Position numbers and translations under genes: made by a program. The notes under the pieces are model-generated. The model was not told the DNA's origin, did no database searches, and worked only from the letters and a program-made list of their open reading frames with translations. From Halobacteriovoraceae bacterium (GTDB lineage: Bacteria > Bdellovibrionota > Bacteriovoracia > Bacteriovoracales > Bacteriovoracaceae), in contig JBEIPE010000001.1 in NCBI GenBank assembly GCA_040377215.1, positions 1-49,739 of the forward strand: a stretch of DNA of 49,739 bases, written 5' to 3'. This document shows, one piece after another, positions 17,153 through 25,329 of this stretch (the stretch's first letter is position 1; the number at the start of each line of letters is the position of its first letter).

Positions 17153-18488
17153 AATCATTGATGCGGTCTCTGTTGTTTTAACATACCAGAACCAAGTCTT
17201 TGCGATTCAGCGGCAATACTTTCTGAAATCATTCCCCGGTTACTGGGCATTTCCCGGTGGCAAAGTCGAAGCGACGGAAGCCACTCACTTGCAAAATCCC
17301 CTAACGACTTCATTGGATAGGAAGCTGTGGGCAGCCGTCGTGCGTGAGACACAAGAAGAGTTAGCTATTAATCTGGAGGACGCGATTGCGTCTCACAAGG
17401 TTAGCGACGTTTGCTATCTAGGGCTGGCCGTCACGCCAGAGTTTAATCCTTATCGTTTTGCGACTCACTTCTTTAAGATCGAACTCAACGAGAAGCCCAC
17501 CTTTGTGGTCGACAGAGGCGAAGCCTTAGTGGCCGAATGGATGACCTGCCAAGAACTCCTTGTTCGTTTTGAAAGTGGTGAGATGTTGGCCGTTCCTCCT
17601 GTTGTCAAGGTCATCGCCGCACTGGCGGCTGATATCAAGCTCAAGCATATCGGTGATCTTAATATTGCTTATGAGCCTCAGACTGAAGTGCCGATGATAG
17701 AATCGATCAAAGGTGTGCGACAGTATTTACCTCTCTCACACACCCTTCCACCGGCCAATCGCACCAACTGCTTTCTCATCGGTGATAGTGGTTCACCGCA
17801 AATACTGGTGGATCCTTCTCCTCAAGACAAGAGCGAGATGGCGAAACTGATCCATGCCCTTCGCCAACAGAAAGTGGATAAGATCATGCTTACGCATCAT
17901 CACCCCGATCATCATGAGTTCGCTCCTGAGTTGGCCCGCCATTGGGGAGTTCCCATTATTCTTAGTGCGGATTCTCATCAACGACTGACCCGGATCAGAC
18001 CAGATTATTTCACTGATATTATAATTGAAGAGATTGCAGACGGGCTGAAGCTCACTCAGTGGTTAGGTCACGCTGTTGAAGTTATTGCTGTCCCAGGACA
18101 TGACGAAGGTCAGTTGGCGCTCATGCCGTCCAATCGTGCCTGGTTCCTCGCCGGAGACCTTTTTCAGGGCGTAGGCACAGTGGTGATTGGCGACGATGAA
18201 GGGGATATGGCGAAGTACTTCCAAACGTTGGAGAAAGTGATTGCGCTTGCACCGCGAGTGGTTTTTCCTTCTCACGGCATTGGCCTTGGCAGCACTTTAA
18301 TTTTAGAGAAAACTCTCGAGCATCGCCGTTTGCGTGAGGCGCAGGTCTTGGATTTGACCCAAGCAGGGAAGTCAGAGGACGAGATTCTCCAAACTCTTTA
18401 CAGTGATATTCAGCCTGAGCTGTTGAAGTACGCTCGCAAGAATATCCAGTCTCATCTCAAGAAATTGCGTTTGGAGCAGCGTCTCTAG
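17145..18488 (+). CDS. Nudix hydrolase - MBL-fold metallo-hydrolase fusion protein
   Basis: The N-terminus has Nudix elements (PGGKVEATE ... RETQEELAI) and the C-terminus has the metallo-beta-lactamase motif (LTHHHPDHH, VPGHDEG). ATGTCTAG overlap with the preceding stop. Confidence 0.8.
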   Translation: MSRIIDAVSVVLTYQNQVFAIQRQYFLKSFPGYWAFPGGKVEATEATHLQNPLTTSLDRKLWAAVVRETQEELAINLEDAIASHKVSDVCYLGLAVTPEFNPYRFATHFFKIELNEKPTFVVDRGEALVAEWMTCQELLVRFESGEMLAVPPVVKVIAALAADIKLKHIGDLNIAYEPQTEVPMIESIKGVRQYLPLSHTLPPANRTNCFLIGDSGSPQILVDPSPQDKSEMAKLIHALRQQKVDKIMLTHHHPDHHEFAPELARHWGVPIILSADSHQRLTRIRPDYFTDIIIEEIADGLKLTQWLGHAVEVIAVPGHDEGQLALMPSNRAWFLAGDLFQGVGTVVIGDDEGDMAKYFQTLEKVIALAPRVVFPSHGIGLGSTLILEKTLEHRRLREAQVLDLTQAGKSEDEILQTLYSDIQPELLKYARKNIQSHLKKLRLEQRL

Positions 18489-18946
18489 AGATGCTGCCGC
18501 TCATAGATGGCGTTGAGCTTGAGCTTAAGATATCTCTCTAGCTCTTCGGGGGTTTGAATCATTTTTTTCGCGACATCATTTTTTTCACGGTAAACAGCAT
18601 CAGCTAAAAAGTCTGTGATGCGAACCATTTTAACCTGCGTGAGTGCTCCAAACTTTTTGGAAAAATCCTGAGCATAAATGGCTTGAAAGGGGCGCTTCAT
18701 AAAATGTTTCGCCGAGCAAACCATAAAGTATTTCAGCTCCACGGGTGAGAGCGAGAGCTTACGACGATACTCACTGTTCATGACCGGTAAGCGATCGGGC
18801 AGGGAGGACACGTAGTTGTTAGGATTAAAATAAACTTCGTCGCGATACTCTTCGATGGCTTTGCTCTCGGCCACATACTCAAAGGCAAAACTGACGGGAA
18901 TAAATAGGATGAAACTCAGTAGGAAAAAAAATGGAGAAGAAGTCAC
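18485..18946 (-). CDS. Hypothetical exported or membrane-anchored protein
   Basis: GTG start with an AGAGGA RBS. The N-terminus is hydrophobic (SSPFFFLLSFILFIPVSFA). No recognisable domain. Confidence 0.5.
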   Translation of the reverse strand: MTSSPFFFLLSFILFIPVSFAFEYVAESKAIEEYRDEVYFNPNNYVSSLPDRLPVMNSEYRRKLSLSPVELKYFMVCSAKHFMKRPFQAIYAQDFSKKFGALTQVKMVRITDFLADAVYREKNDVAKKMIQTPEELERYLKLKLNAIYERQHL

Positions 18947-18971
18947 GTCGTGGTCCTCTTCTCCATTAGTA

Positions 18972-19190
18972 TCAGTTCAGGTGAGTCTGATGAATGTACA
19001 AGCGGTAGATCTTGTCTTTCGTGCGGCGGATAGCGAAGTTTCCTGATTCTTTCTGAGTCATGAGAAACTCGTAGTACTCGGGACGAGTGTCAGCAATTTC
19101 TAAAACAGATTTGCCTTCAAATTCCCCGAAGTCGATCACTACTTTGTCTTCTTCGATAATACCCGTCAGTGGGCTCTGCATTTGTGCCAT
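18972..19190 (-). CDS. Small hypothetical protein (72 aa), possibly DUF3820-like
   Basis: Strong RBS (AAGGAGGGAAGAAATG). FGEFEGKSVLEIADTRPEYYEFL resembles the FGKYKGxxLxDxPxxYLxWL motif of DUF3820/QSregVF_b. This comes from memory of the motif only. Confidence 0.45.
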   Translation of the reverse strand: MAQMQSPLTGIIEEDKVVIDFGEFEGKSVLEIADTRPEYYEFLMTQKESGNFAIRRTKDKIYRLYIHQTHLN

Positions 19191-19261
19191 TTCTTCCCTC
19201 CTTGGATTCCATGGGCGGTCTACATCCAGGATGAGGCATGCGATGACGGATTGAAAAGGGG

Positions 19262-20278
19262 TCAGTTGCGGAAAAACTGGCGAAGATAGACTACCAAAGC
19301 GCGGAATTCTTGAGGGTACTCATCAGCAATCATTTTTCTTACCAACTCTAACGACTGATAGACCGTTAAACCCTGTCTGTAAGGCCGAGTTGAGGTCATG
19401 GCGACGATAATGTCGGCCACTGCCACTAAGGTACTCTCAAGACCAAAGGCCATGCCCTGATCTTCACCGCGAGATAGAGATGGATTAAGGATGCGTTTCA
19501 GTCGGTCATTTAAGAAATGGTGATGCTTGATAATGGTGAGCTGATTCTTCGTTAGGGGAACACGACCTTCAAGTATGTCATGGGAGAACTCTGCATGGTG
19601 TGCAAACAGCTTTTGCTCGTCCAGGGTGAGCCCCTTGGTATCGTACTTATCTTCAGGGATAAGACCGATGCCAACATCTTTCATGTAGCTGGTGAGATAA
19701 AGAGTTTCAATCTCACGCTCATGGAACATATGGGTCGTTTGCAAAAAGCCTAGTAGCAGAATCGAACTCAGCATGGGCTGTAAAATAGTGAAATGGAAAT
19801 TCTCTTGCGCGAGATCTTGAAAAAAGGTCGCCTGAAGTTTGCGGTTTTCCATCAAGAACTTCGCCATGTTCTGTGTGCTCTGAAACTGGCGCATCAGTAG
19901 TTCGTCGTCGTGGGGATTCTGATAGAGACCTGTGAGATTCAACGCCATCAGCTTCATGGCCCGTTGACCATTCTCGCGAGGATCTCCGATGGAAAGAGCA
20001 CGGGTAACTTTGATGAGTGCGATCTCAAGTTGTTCACGGACATTCTCAATGTCTTCAGGGTGTACAAATACTTCCCGGACTTGCTCACGCACTAACTGTC
20101 GTATTCTTTCTTTGCCTGGAACTTGATCGGCACCAATAACTTCTTGGAAGAGCCCGTCATGCCACACATAAGCGGCGCGTTTGAGCTTCGCAATGAGATA
20201 CAGCTCACCTGTTAGAAGTGGGCGCAATTTGAGGGCGAGACGATGTTGTTCTAAAGGGGTAGTGAGGGTACCTAGCAT
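19262..20278 (-). CDS. HD-GYP-family protein with degenerate catalytic motifs
   Basis: MKDVGIGLIP replaces LHDIGK, and HHAEFSHDIL is present. KHHHFLNDRL replaces HHExxDGxGYP, so there is no GYP. ADIIVAMTSTRPYRQG is the typical C-terminal motif. Confidence 0.75.
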   Translation of the reverse strand: MLGTLTTPLEQHRLALKLRPLLTGELYLIAKLKRAAYVWHDGLFQEVIGADQVPGKERIRQLVREQVREVFVHPEDIENVREQLEIALIKVTRALSIGDPRENGQRAMKLMALNLTGLYQNPHDDELLMRQFQSTQNMAKFLMENRKLQATFFQDLAQENFHFTILQPMLSSILLLGFLQTTHMFHEREIETLYLTSYMKDVGIGLIPEDKYDTKGLTLDEQKLFAHHAEFSHDILEGRVPLTKNQLTIIKHHHFLNDRLKRILNPSLSRGEDQGMAFGLESTLVAVADIIVAMTSTRPYRQGLTVYQSLELVRKMIADEYPQEFRALVVYLRQFFRN

Positions 20279-20285
20279 GCTCCCT

Positions 20286-20311
20286 ATTTTACCCCTTTTC
20301 AGGGGTAAAAT
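20286..20311 (-). terminator. Hairpin downstream of thrS (possible terminator or attenuator)
   Basis: ATTTTACCCCT-tttc-AGGGGTAAAAT: a perfect 11-bp stem. There is no clean T-tail on either strand. Confidence 0.4.
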
Positions 20312-20336
20312 AAGGAAAGGTCAGATTTTCCGGTTT

Positions 20337-22085
20337 TTAGCGGAACTTAGCAGGGACTTTCTCCCCATCGAGAGTCTGGAAAAGTGCCATAAGGTCTGAC
20401 ACCGGCATAACGTCCGACTTCATTTCACCATAACGGCGAACTGAGGTCGTACCTGCTGCCACTTCCGCATCACCGAGAACCAACATGAATGGAATCTTGC
20501 CGGTCTGAGCTTCGCGGGTTTTTTTGCCCATACTCTCGTTACGATCATCGATGCGTACGCGGTAGCCTTGATTCTTGAGTTGTGCAGACAACTTACTGGC
20601 CGCTTCCACATGGCCTTCGCCAATAGGAATGATCACCGCTTGCTCAGGTGCAATCCAGAACGGGAAGGCGCCGCCGAGGTGCTCAATGTAGACACCAATA
20701 AAGCGCTCAAGAGATCCTAACAAAGCACGGTGAACAACAACTGGTCGCTCCATCTCACCTTGTTGATTGGTGAAACGAAGATCAAAGCGTTCCGGCAATT
20801 GGAAGTCGAGTTGGATGGTGCCGAGCTGATGGTAGCGGCCGATGGCATCAGCAATTTGAATATCAATTTTCGGTCCGTAGAAGGCACCATCACCGGCGTT
20901 GATGAAGTATTCTTGTCCAGAGGCATCAAGAGCGGCTTTCAGAGCTCCTTCAGCTTGATCCCAAGTCTCATCACTGCCGACTCGCATTTCTGGGCGAGTC
21001 GAGAAACCGATTTTGACTTTATCAAAACCAAAGTGGTTGTAGCAGGTGAAGAACATATCCATTAGAGACAGAACTTCTTGCTGAATATCGGCCGAGGCCA
21101 AGAACACGTGAGCATCATCCTGGCAGAAAGTGCGCACGCGTGTGAGGCCAGCAACGACGCCAGATTTTTCGTAGCGGTGCAAACGACCGAAGTCAGCAAA
21201 ACGCAACGGCAGGTCGCGGTATGAGTAGCGGTGATGCGAGAACATCAACATGTGGCACGGACAGTTCATCGGCTTAAGCGCAAACTCGCGCTCGTCGATG
21301 TGGGTGAAGTACATGTTGTCTTTGTATTTTTCGTAGTGACCAGATGTATGCCACAGATCTACGTCGAGTACTTGCGGAGTGATGACCTCTTGATAGCCAT
21401 ACTTGCTGTAAATCCGACGCATAAATTCGACTAGACCGTTATAAACGATCGCGCCTTTCGGCATAAAGAAAGGAGAAGCTGGGGCAACCTGATCAAAAAT
21501 AAAGAGGCCCAAGTCTTTGCCTAGTTTACGGTGATCGCGTTTTTTCGCTTCTTCTAAGAACTGCAAGTGGGCCTTGAGTTCTTCTTTTGAATTAAAGCAA
21601 AGAGCGTACACACGTTGGAGCATCGGGCGCTTCATATCACCGCGCCAGTACGCGCCTGCAGTATGTTGCAATTTAAAGAACCACGGAAGGTCTTTGGTGT
21701 TCTCTACGTGTGGCCCAGTACAAAGGTCGAAAAACTTATCGCCTTGCGTGTAATAACTGATGACTTCGCCTTCCGGGAAATCACGAATCAACTCAAGTTT
21801 GAGTGTTTGGCCAGTGGCCGCAAACATTTTTAAAGCCTCATCACGTGAGACTTCATGGCGCACGATGGGCAATGCCGCTTTCGTGAGCGCTTTCATTTTG
21901 TCTTCGATCAGGCCCAAGTGCTCATCAGTGAGTTTGGTTTCCATTTCGATGTCGTAGTAAAAGCCGTGCTCAATTACAGGACCGATACCAAGTTTTACAG
22001 TTTCAGTGGGAAAGAGTTCCGTGATCGCCTGGGCCATCAGGTGAGCGCTGGAGTGTCGAATAGTGTCGAGATCGTACTTGGCCAT
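20337..22085 (-). CDS. thrS: Threonine--tRNA ligase (no N-terminal TGS domain)
   Basis: Editing-domain motif IRHSSAHLMAQA, class II core (HRYEKSGVVAGLTRVRTFCQDDAHVF; FYGPKIDIQ) and an anticodon-binding C-terminus. I take the start at ATG 22085 (MAKYD) after AGGA. The track starts at 22097. Confidence 0.95.
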   Translation of the reverse strand: MAKYDLDTIRHSSAHLMAQAITELFPTETVKLGIGPVIEHGFYYDIEMETKLTDEHLGLIEDKMKALTKAALPIVRHEVSRDEALKMFAATGQTLKLELIRDFPEGEVISYYTQGDKFFDLCTGPHVENTKDLPWFFKLQHTAGAYWRGDMKRPMLQRVYALCFNSKEELKAHLQFLEEAKKRDHRKLGKDLGLFIFDQVAPASPFFMPKGAIVYNGLVEFMRRIYSKYGYQEVITPQVLDVDLWHTSGHYEKYKDNMYFTHIDEREFALKPMNCPCHMLMFSHHRYSYRDLPLRFADFGRLHRYEKSGVVAGLTRVRTFCQDDAHVFLASADIQQEVLSLMDMFFTCYNHFGFDKVKIGFSTRPEMRVGSDETWDQAEGALKAALDASGQEYFINAGDGAFYGPKIDIQIADAIGRYHQLGTIQLDFQLPERFDLRFTNQQGEMERPVVVHRALLGSLERFIGVYIEHLGGAFPFWIAPEQAVIIPIGEGHVEAASKLSAQLKNQGYRVRIDDRNESMGKKTREAQTGKIPFMLVLGDAEVAAGTTSVRRYGEMKSDVMPVSDLMALFQTLDGEKVPAKFR

Positions 22086-22113
22086 AGGCGTCCTCATATA
22101 TAGGGGATTGAGC

Positions 22114-22133
22114 GGCCCATGCTAGCATGGCCC
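22114..22133. promoter_or_regulatory. Near-perfect 20-bp palindrome in the thrS / regulator intergenic region
   Basis: GGCCCATGCTAGCATGGCCC: 9 of 10 half-site pairs match, with a perfect 12-bp core CATGCTAGCATG. Confidence 0.3.
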
Positions 22134-22172
22134 TTGTCGTTGTTTCAAAGAGATAGCGCAAAGCCCGCTCGT

Positions 22173-22192
22173 GTTCTTACAGCTGTAAGAAC
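22173..22192. promoter_or_regulatory. Perfect 20-bp palindrome (candidate operator)
   Basis: GTTCTTACAGCTGTAAGAAC is identical to its own reverse complement. Confidence 0.35.
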
Positions 22193-22385
22193 GATTTCTT
22201 GAAATATGACCCATATCAGCTGCACTAGGGCTAAAGTTACAATGACCTAACTCTATGATATAAAAGAGATTAATACCCACTCATGCAGAACTCGTAGACC
22301 CTCAGTTGATTTTTTGCAGCGAGTGGGGTTTAAGAGGAGGCACTTTATGTAAGGTCTCAACGATCTTACTTTTTGGAGGCTGCTC

Positions 22386-23648
22386 ATGACGATGAATACA
22401 GAGAACACGCTGATTGAAAAAGCGATGACTCGCTCTTTGCTAGATCTTAACAAAGACGACCGCTTTCTCGCGCATCTCCCTAGTGATTCATCACGCCTCG
22501 AAGGGCAGGGATACTACCGCCTCGCTAAAGTCTTTTACGACAAAGCGGATTTTGAGAAAGCAGAAGAGTATTTCTTGAACTCTCTGGCCCGTACCGAACT
22601 CCCACAAGATGCATTCGCAGTTTTCAAAATTTATGGTTTCTTGATTCGTATCTACTCAGAAGGTCTTAACGAGCCAGAAGCGAACAAGTGCATTACGAAA
22701 TCTGCTGAAGTTCTCGATCAAGTCGTCTCTCAACTCCCAAGCCTCACCTCTGAATACTTCTACAACCTCGGCGTGGTCTCTACTTATAAAGGTGACTTCA
22801 CTGAAGCTCATAAGAACTTCCAACAGGCCTACCGTAAGGCGCAGATGGAAAATGAGCCTGAGTTGATGGCGAAGTCGCTCTATGCTCTTGCGACCAACTG
22901 CTACAACATGAGCCAATTCTCAGACGCTCTCAATAATATTGAGCAACTGAACGAACTTTTAAATATCCTCAAGAAGGGTTACCTCAAAGGCAGCATGCAC
23001 CTCTTGTGGGGCAACACGCTTCGCGAGTTGGGTCAGCATGGCGAAGCCATGGGTCACTACGAAACAGCTCTTAAGCTCTTGCACGCGAAGCGCTGCTGGA
23101 ACATGCATAACTACGTATTGCTCAATAAGGGCGTAGCGATGAAGAAGATGGGAGAGTTCTCAAAAGCTCTTCTCTTGTTCAATCTTGCTCTGCAATCAAC
23201 TGACGATGATAACTTCCGTCGCTTGAAGCAATTGATTCTCTCAGAAGTTGAAGATGTGAATGATTCGAGCGTTGATCTTTACTTGGATCGCCACAACCGC
23301 GTGATTCATGAAAAGAGCCTTGGCGTCATCGACTTCAAACACCGCTTCGTTCTCCTCGAGATTTTGTTCCTTTTGGCGCAGACTCCGGGCACGTACTACA
23401 ACAAAGAAGACCTCGCTAAGATGATTTGGAAGGATGAATACAATCCTTTGATCCACGACAAGTTGATCTACACCAGCATCTCGCGCTTGCGTAAATTGAT
23501 CGAACCTAAGAACGGCAAGCGCCAGTACATTTTGCGTGGAAAAGACGGTTACACGTTCAACCCACGTGTGAATGCACGCTTCCATCGTGAAAATGACTAC
23601 ATTAAAGAAAAGAAGATCGGGAACATTGAAATCAGCTCTCCAGTTTAA
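22386..23648 (+). CDS. TPR-repeat protein with a C-terminal OmpR/PhoB-type winged-helix DNA-binding domain
   Basis: The N-terminal ~270 aa show TPR-like repeats (YYRLAKVFYDKADFEKAEEYF; YNLGVVSTYKGDFTEAHKNFQQAY; LLWGNTLRELGQHGEAMGHYETAL). The C-terminus has FVLLEILFLLAQTPGTYYNKEDLAKMIW...LIYTSISRLRKLIEP...YILRGKDGYTF, which is trans_reg_C-like. RBS GGAGG. Confidence 0.75.
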   Translation: MTMNTENTLIEKAMTRSLLDLNKDDRFLAHLPSDSSRLEGQGYYRLAKVFYDKADFEKAEEYFLNSLARTELPQDAFAVFKIYGFLIRIYSEGLNEPEANKCITKSAEVLDQVVSQLPSLTSEYFYNLGVVSTYKGDFTEAHKNFQQAYRKAQMENEPELMAKSLYALATNCYNMSQFSDALNNIEQLNELLNILKKGYLKGSMHLLWGNTLRELGQHGEAMGHYETALKLLHAKRCWNMHNYVLLNKGVAMKKMGEFSKALLLFNLALQSTDDDNFRRLKQLILSEVEDVNDSSVDLYLDRHNRVIHEKSLGVIDFKHRFVLLEILFLLAQTPGTYYNKEDLAKMIWKDEYNPLIHDKLIYTSISRLRKLIEPKNGKRQYILRGKDGYTFNPRVNARFHRENDYIKEKKIGNIEISSPV

Positions 23649-24222
23649 CGCTCTCTGGATCGTTTTTCTTCTTCTCACTTTGTCGCAACCTGCGGCTTCA
23701 GCGGTTAAAGACCGTTACCTCTTTCGCGTGGGCGACACCGTCGTTGGCGCGCATGATCTCGAGCAGGCGTACCAAGAACTTACGGCGCTTCAGTGCCGCT
23801 TCTCAGACGCTCTATTGGAAACTTGGTCGAACGATGGGTTCCGCAGTAAGCTCAAAAAAGTGAACGATAAGCTGGTCGCTAGCACCGCACCTTTGAGTGA
23901 AGACCAAAACTCCATCATCTTTCTTTCAAGTATGCGCCAACTTTGGAAGTTGCTCATCTATGTAAACGGGCAAGAAGTGGCCATGAGCAGTGATCTACAG
24001 AAGAGTATCGTGAATGTTCCCGGTTGCCCGAAGATCACCCTGTCCGGTGGAAAAGTCAGAGACTCATTTCAGCGTTGGTTGCGCGTCGAGATTTACCTAC
24101 GTTCTCGCTATGCGCCCGGTGGTCTAGTGAACACAAAGGACTGGCGGGAGAAGCGTTTGCAATCCATTAACCAGTTTGTAGATTCAATTGATAAGCAGCT
24201 CTCTCACGAGAATTTTTGGTGA
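23593..24222 (+). CDS. Hypothetical secreted protein
   Basis: Signal peptide MTTLKKRRSGTLKSALQFNALWIVFLLLTLSQPAASA/VKD. The start is uncertain (ATG 23572, ATG 23593 or TTG ~23627). It overlaps the 3' end of the upstream regulator gene. Confidence 0.55.
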   Translation: MTTLKKRRSGTLKSALQFNALWIVFLLLTLSQPAASAVKDRYLFRVGDTVVGAHDLEQAYQELTALQCRFSDALLETWSNDGFRSKLKKVNDKLVASTAPLSEDQNSIIFLSSMRQLWKLLIYVNGQEVAMSSDLQKSIVNVPGCPKITLSGGKVRDSFQRWLRVEIYLRSRYAPGGLVNTKDWREKRLQSINQFVDSIDKQLSHENFW

Positions 24223-24656
24223 GCACTGCTTGGGGTGCTGCCCACCCTTTGTTTCATTCCACCGTCCAACTCGACCAAGATTTAATGCATTACCCTTGGA
24301 CCGAGGCCCAATGGCTTGAGACCTTCACGTCATCCTTTGCGGTTTTCCATTGGCCCGAAGATTTAACCCTGAAAGGCTTCGCTCTTTATCAACTCTCGCC
24401 TTTAGATAAATTGGCGCACTTGCTTAAAATCGCCATGGTTCCTGAAGTTCGCGGTCAGGGCGAGACACAGAGATTTTGGGAATCACAAATAGCAACGCTT
24501 CGCACACAAGGTTTTGAACGTGTTTACCTCGAGGTAGCGACGAATAATCCTGCGGCCGCGGGCTTCTATCGCAAAATGGGCTTTAAAATGCTGCGAGAGG
24601 TTAAAGGCTTCTACAAAGACGGGCAGAATGCCTGGACGATGGAGCTAGCTATTTGA
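24216..24656 (+). CDS. rimI: GNAT N-acetyltransferase, RimI-like (ribosomal-protein-alanine acetyltransferase family)
   Basis: 146 aa. Acetyl-CoA motif VPEVRGQGETQRFW plus YLEVATNNPAAAGFYRKMGFKMLREVKGFYKDGQNAWTMEL, both typical of RimI. The start overlaps the upstream stop. Confidence 0.6.
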   Translation: MVSTAWGAAHPLFHSTVQLDQDLMHYPWTEAQWLETFTSSFAVFHWPEDLTLKGFALYQLSPLDKLAHLLKIAMVPEVRGQGETQRFWESQIATLRTQGFERVYLEVATNNPAAAGFYRKMGFKMLREVKGFYKDGQNAWTMELAI

Positions 24657-24712
24657 TTTCCTAAGCCCCGCGTGTTATCACAGTGGCCTACCATTAAACG
24701 CTTTAGCTCTTG

Positions 24713-24748
24713 AGGGTGGATCTCTTCGCGAATCCGCCCTTTTTTTTT
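24713..24748 (+). terminator. Rho-independent terminator that ends directly at the rimP start codon
   Basis: AGGGTGGAT ... ATCCGCCCT stem (9 bp with one G-T wobble), followed by 8-9 T residues. The ATG of rimP follows at 24749. Confidence 0.7.
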
Positions 24749-25309
24749 ATGGATATAACGAAAAACAGATTAGGTGTTGAAAAGAAGTTCTGGGAACTTT
24801 GTGTGCCTGTCGTTCAGGAACAAGGTCTCGCTTTGTATGACTTGGAATTTTTGCCAGGCCAAAAACTTTTGCGCCTTTATGTCATGAATCCTGAAACAAG
24901 AAGTGCCGTGATTGAAGACTGCATTAAAGTTGATCACGCATTGACTCCTTTTTTTGAAACTGAAACATGGATGCCGGCCGAAGTGACTTTGGAAGTCGGT
25001 TCACCAGGCGTTTACCGCCATGTTTCGAGTCTGGCTCACTTCCAAATGGGTATCGGTGATACTCACTCAGTCACGATTATGGGCAACCTTGATGCGTCAT
25101 TAAATCCAGGAGCTCCCAAGAAAATCCTCGCGGCTAAGAAATTTACTGGCGAGCTACTTGAAGCCACGCCAACGACGGTCGTTTTGGATACGGACGACGG
25201 CAAAGTGATTATTGCCCTGGCTTCGATTAAGAATGCACAAGTCGACCCCGACTTTGAAGAACTAATGAATAAAGCAGAAACCAACACAACCTCTCAAGAG
25301 GCTGAATAA
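24749..25309 (+). CDS. rimP: Ribosome maturation factor RimP
   Basis: ALYDLEF...LLRLYV...IEDCIKVDHAL...LEVGSPGVYRHV matches the RimP layout, and the gene sits directly upstream of nusA. ATG at 24749. The track's TTG at 24710 lies inside the terminator. Confidence 0.88.
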   Translation: MDITKNRLGVEKKFWELCVPVVQEQGLALYDLEFLPGQKLLRLYVMNPETRSAVIEDCIKVDHALTPFFETETWMPAEVTLEVGSPGVYRHVSSLAHFQMGIGDTHSVTIMGNLDASLNPGAPKKILAAKKFTGELLEATPTTVVLDTDDGKVIIALASIKNAQVDPDFEELMNKAETNTTSQEAE

Positions 25310-25329
25310 GCATAAGGAAAGGAGAACTC

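Noticed and set aside
22098-22385. A T-box riboswitch leader for thrS.
   Set aside because: I could not find the conserved T-box sequence or a specifier-loop arrangement on the minus strand. Only the palindromes are reported as findings.
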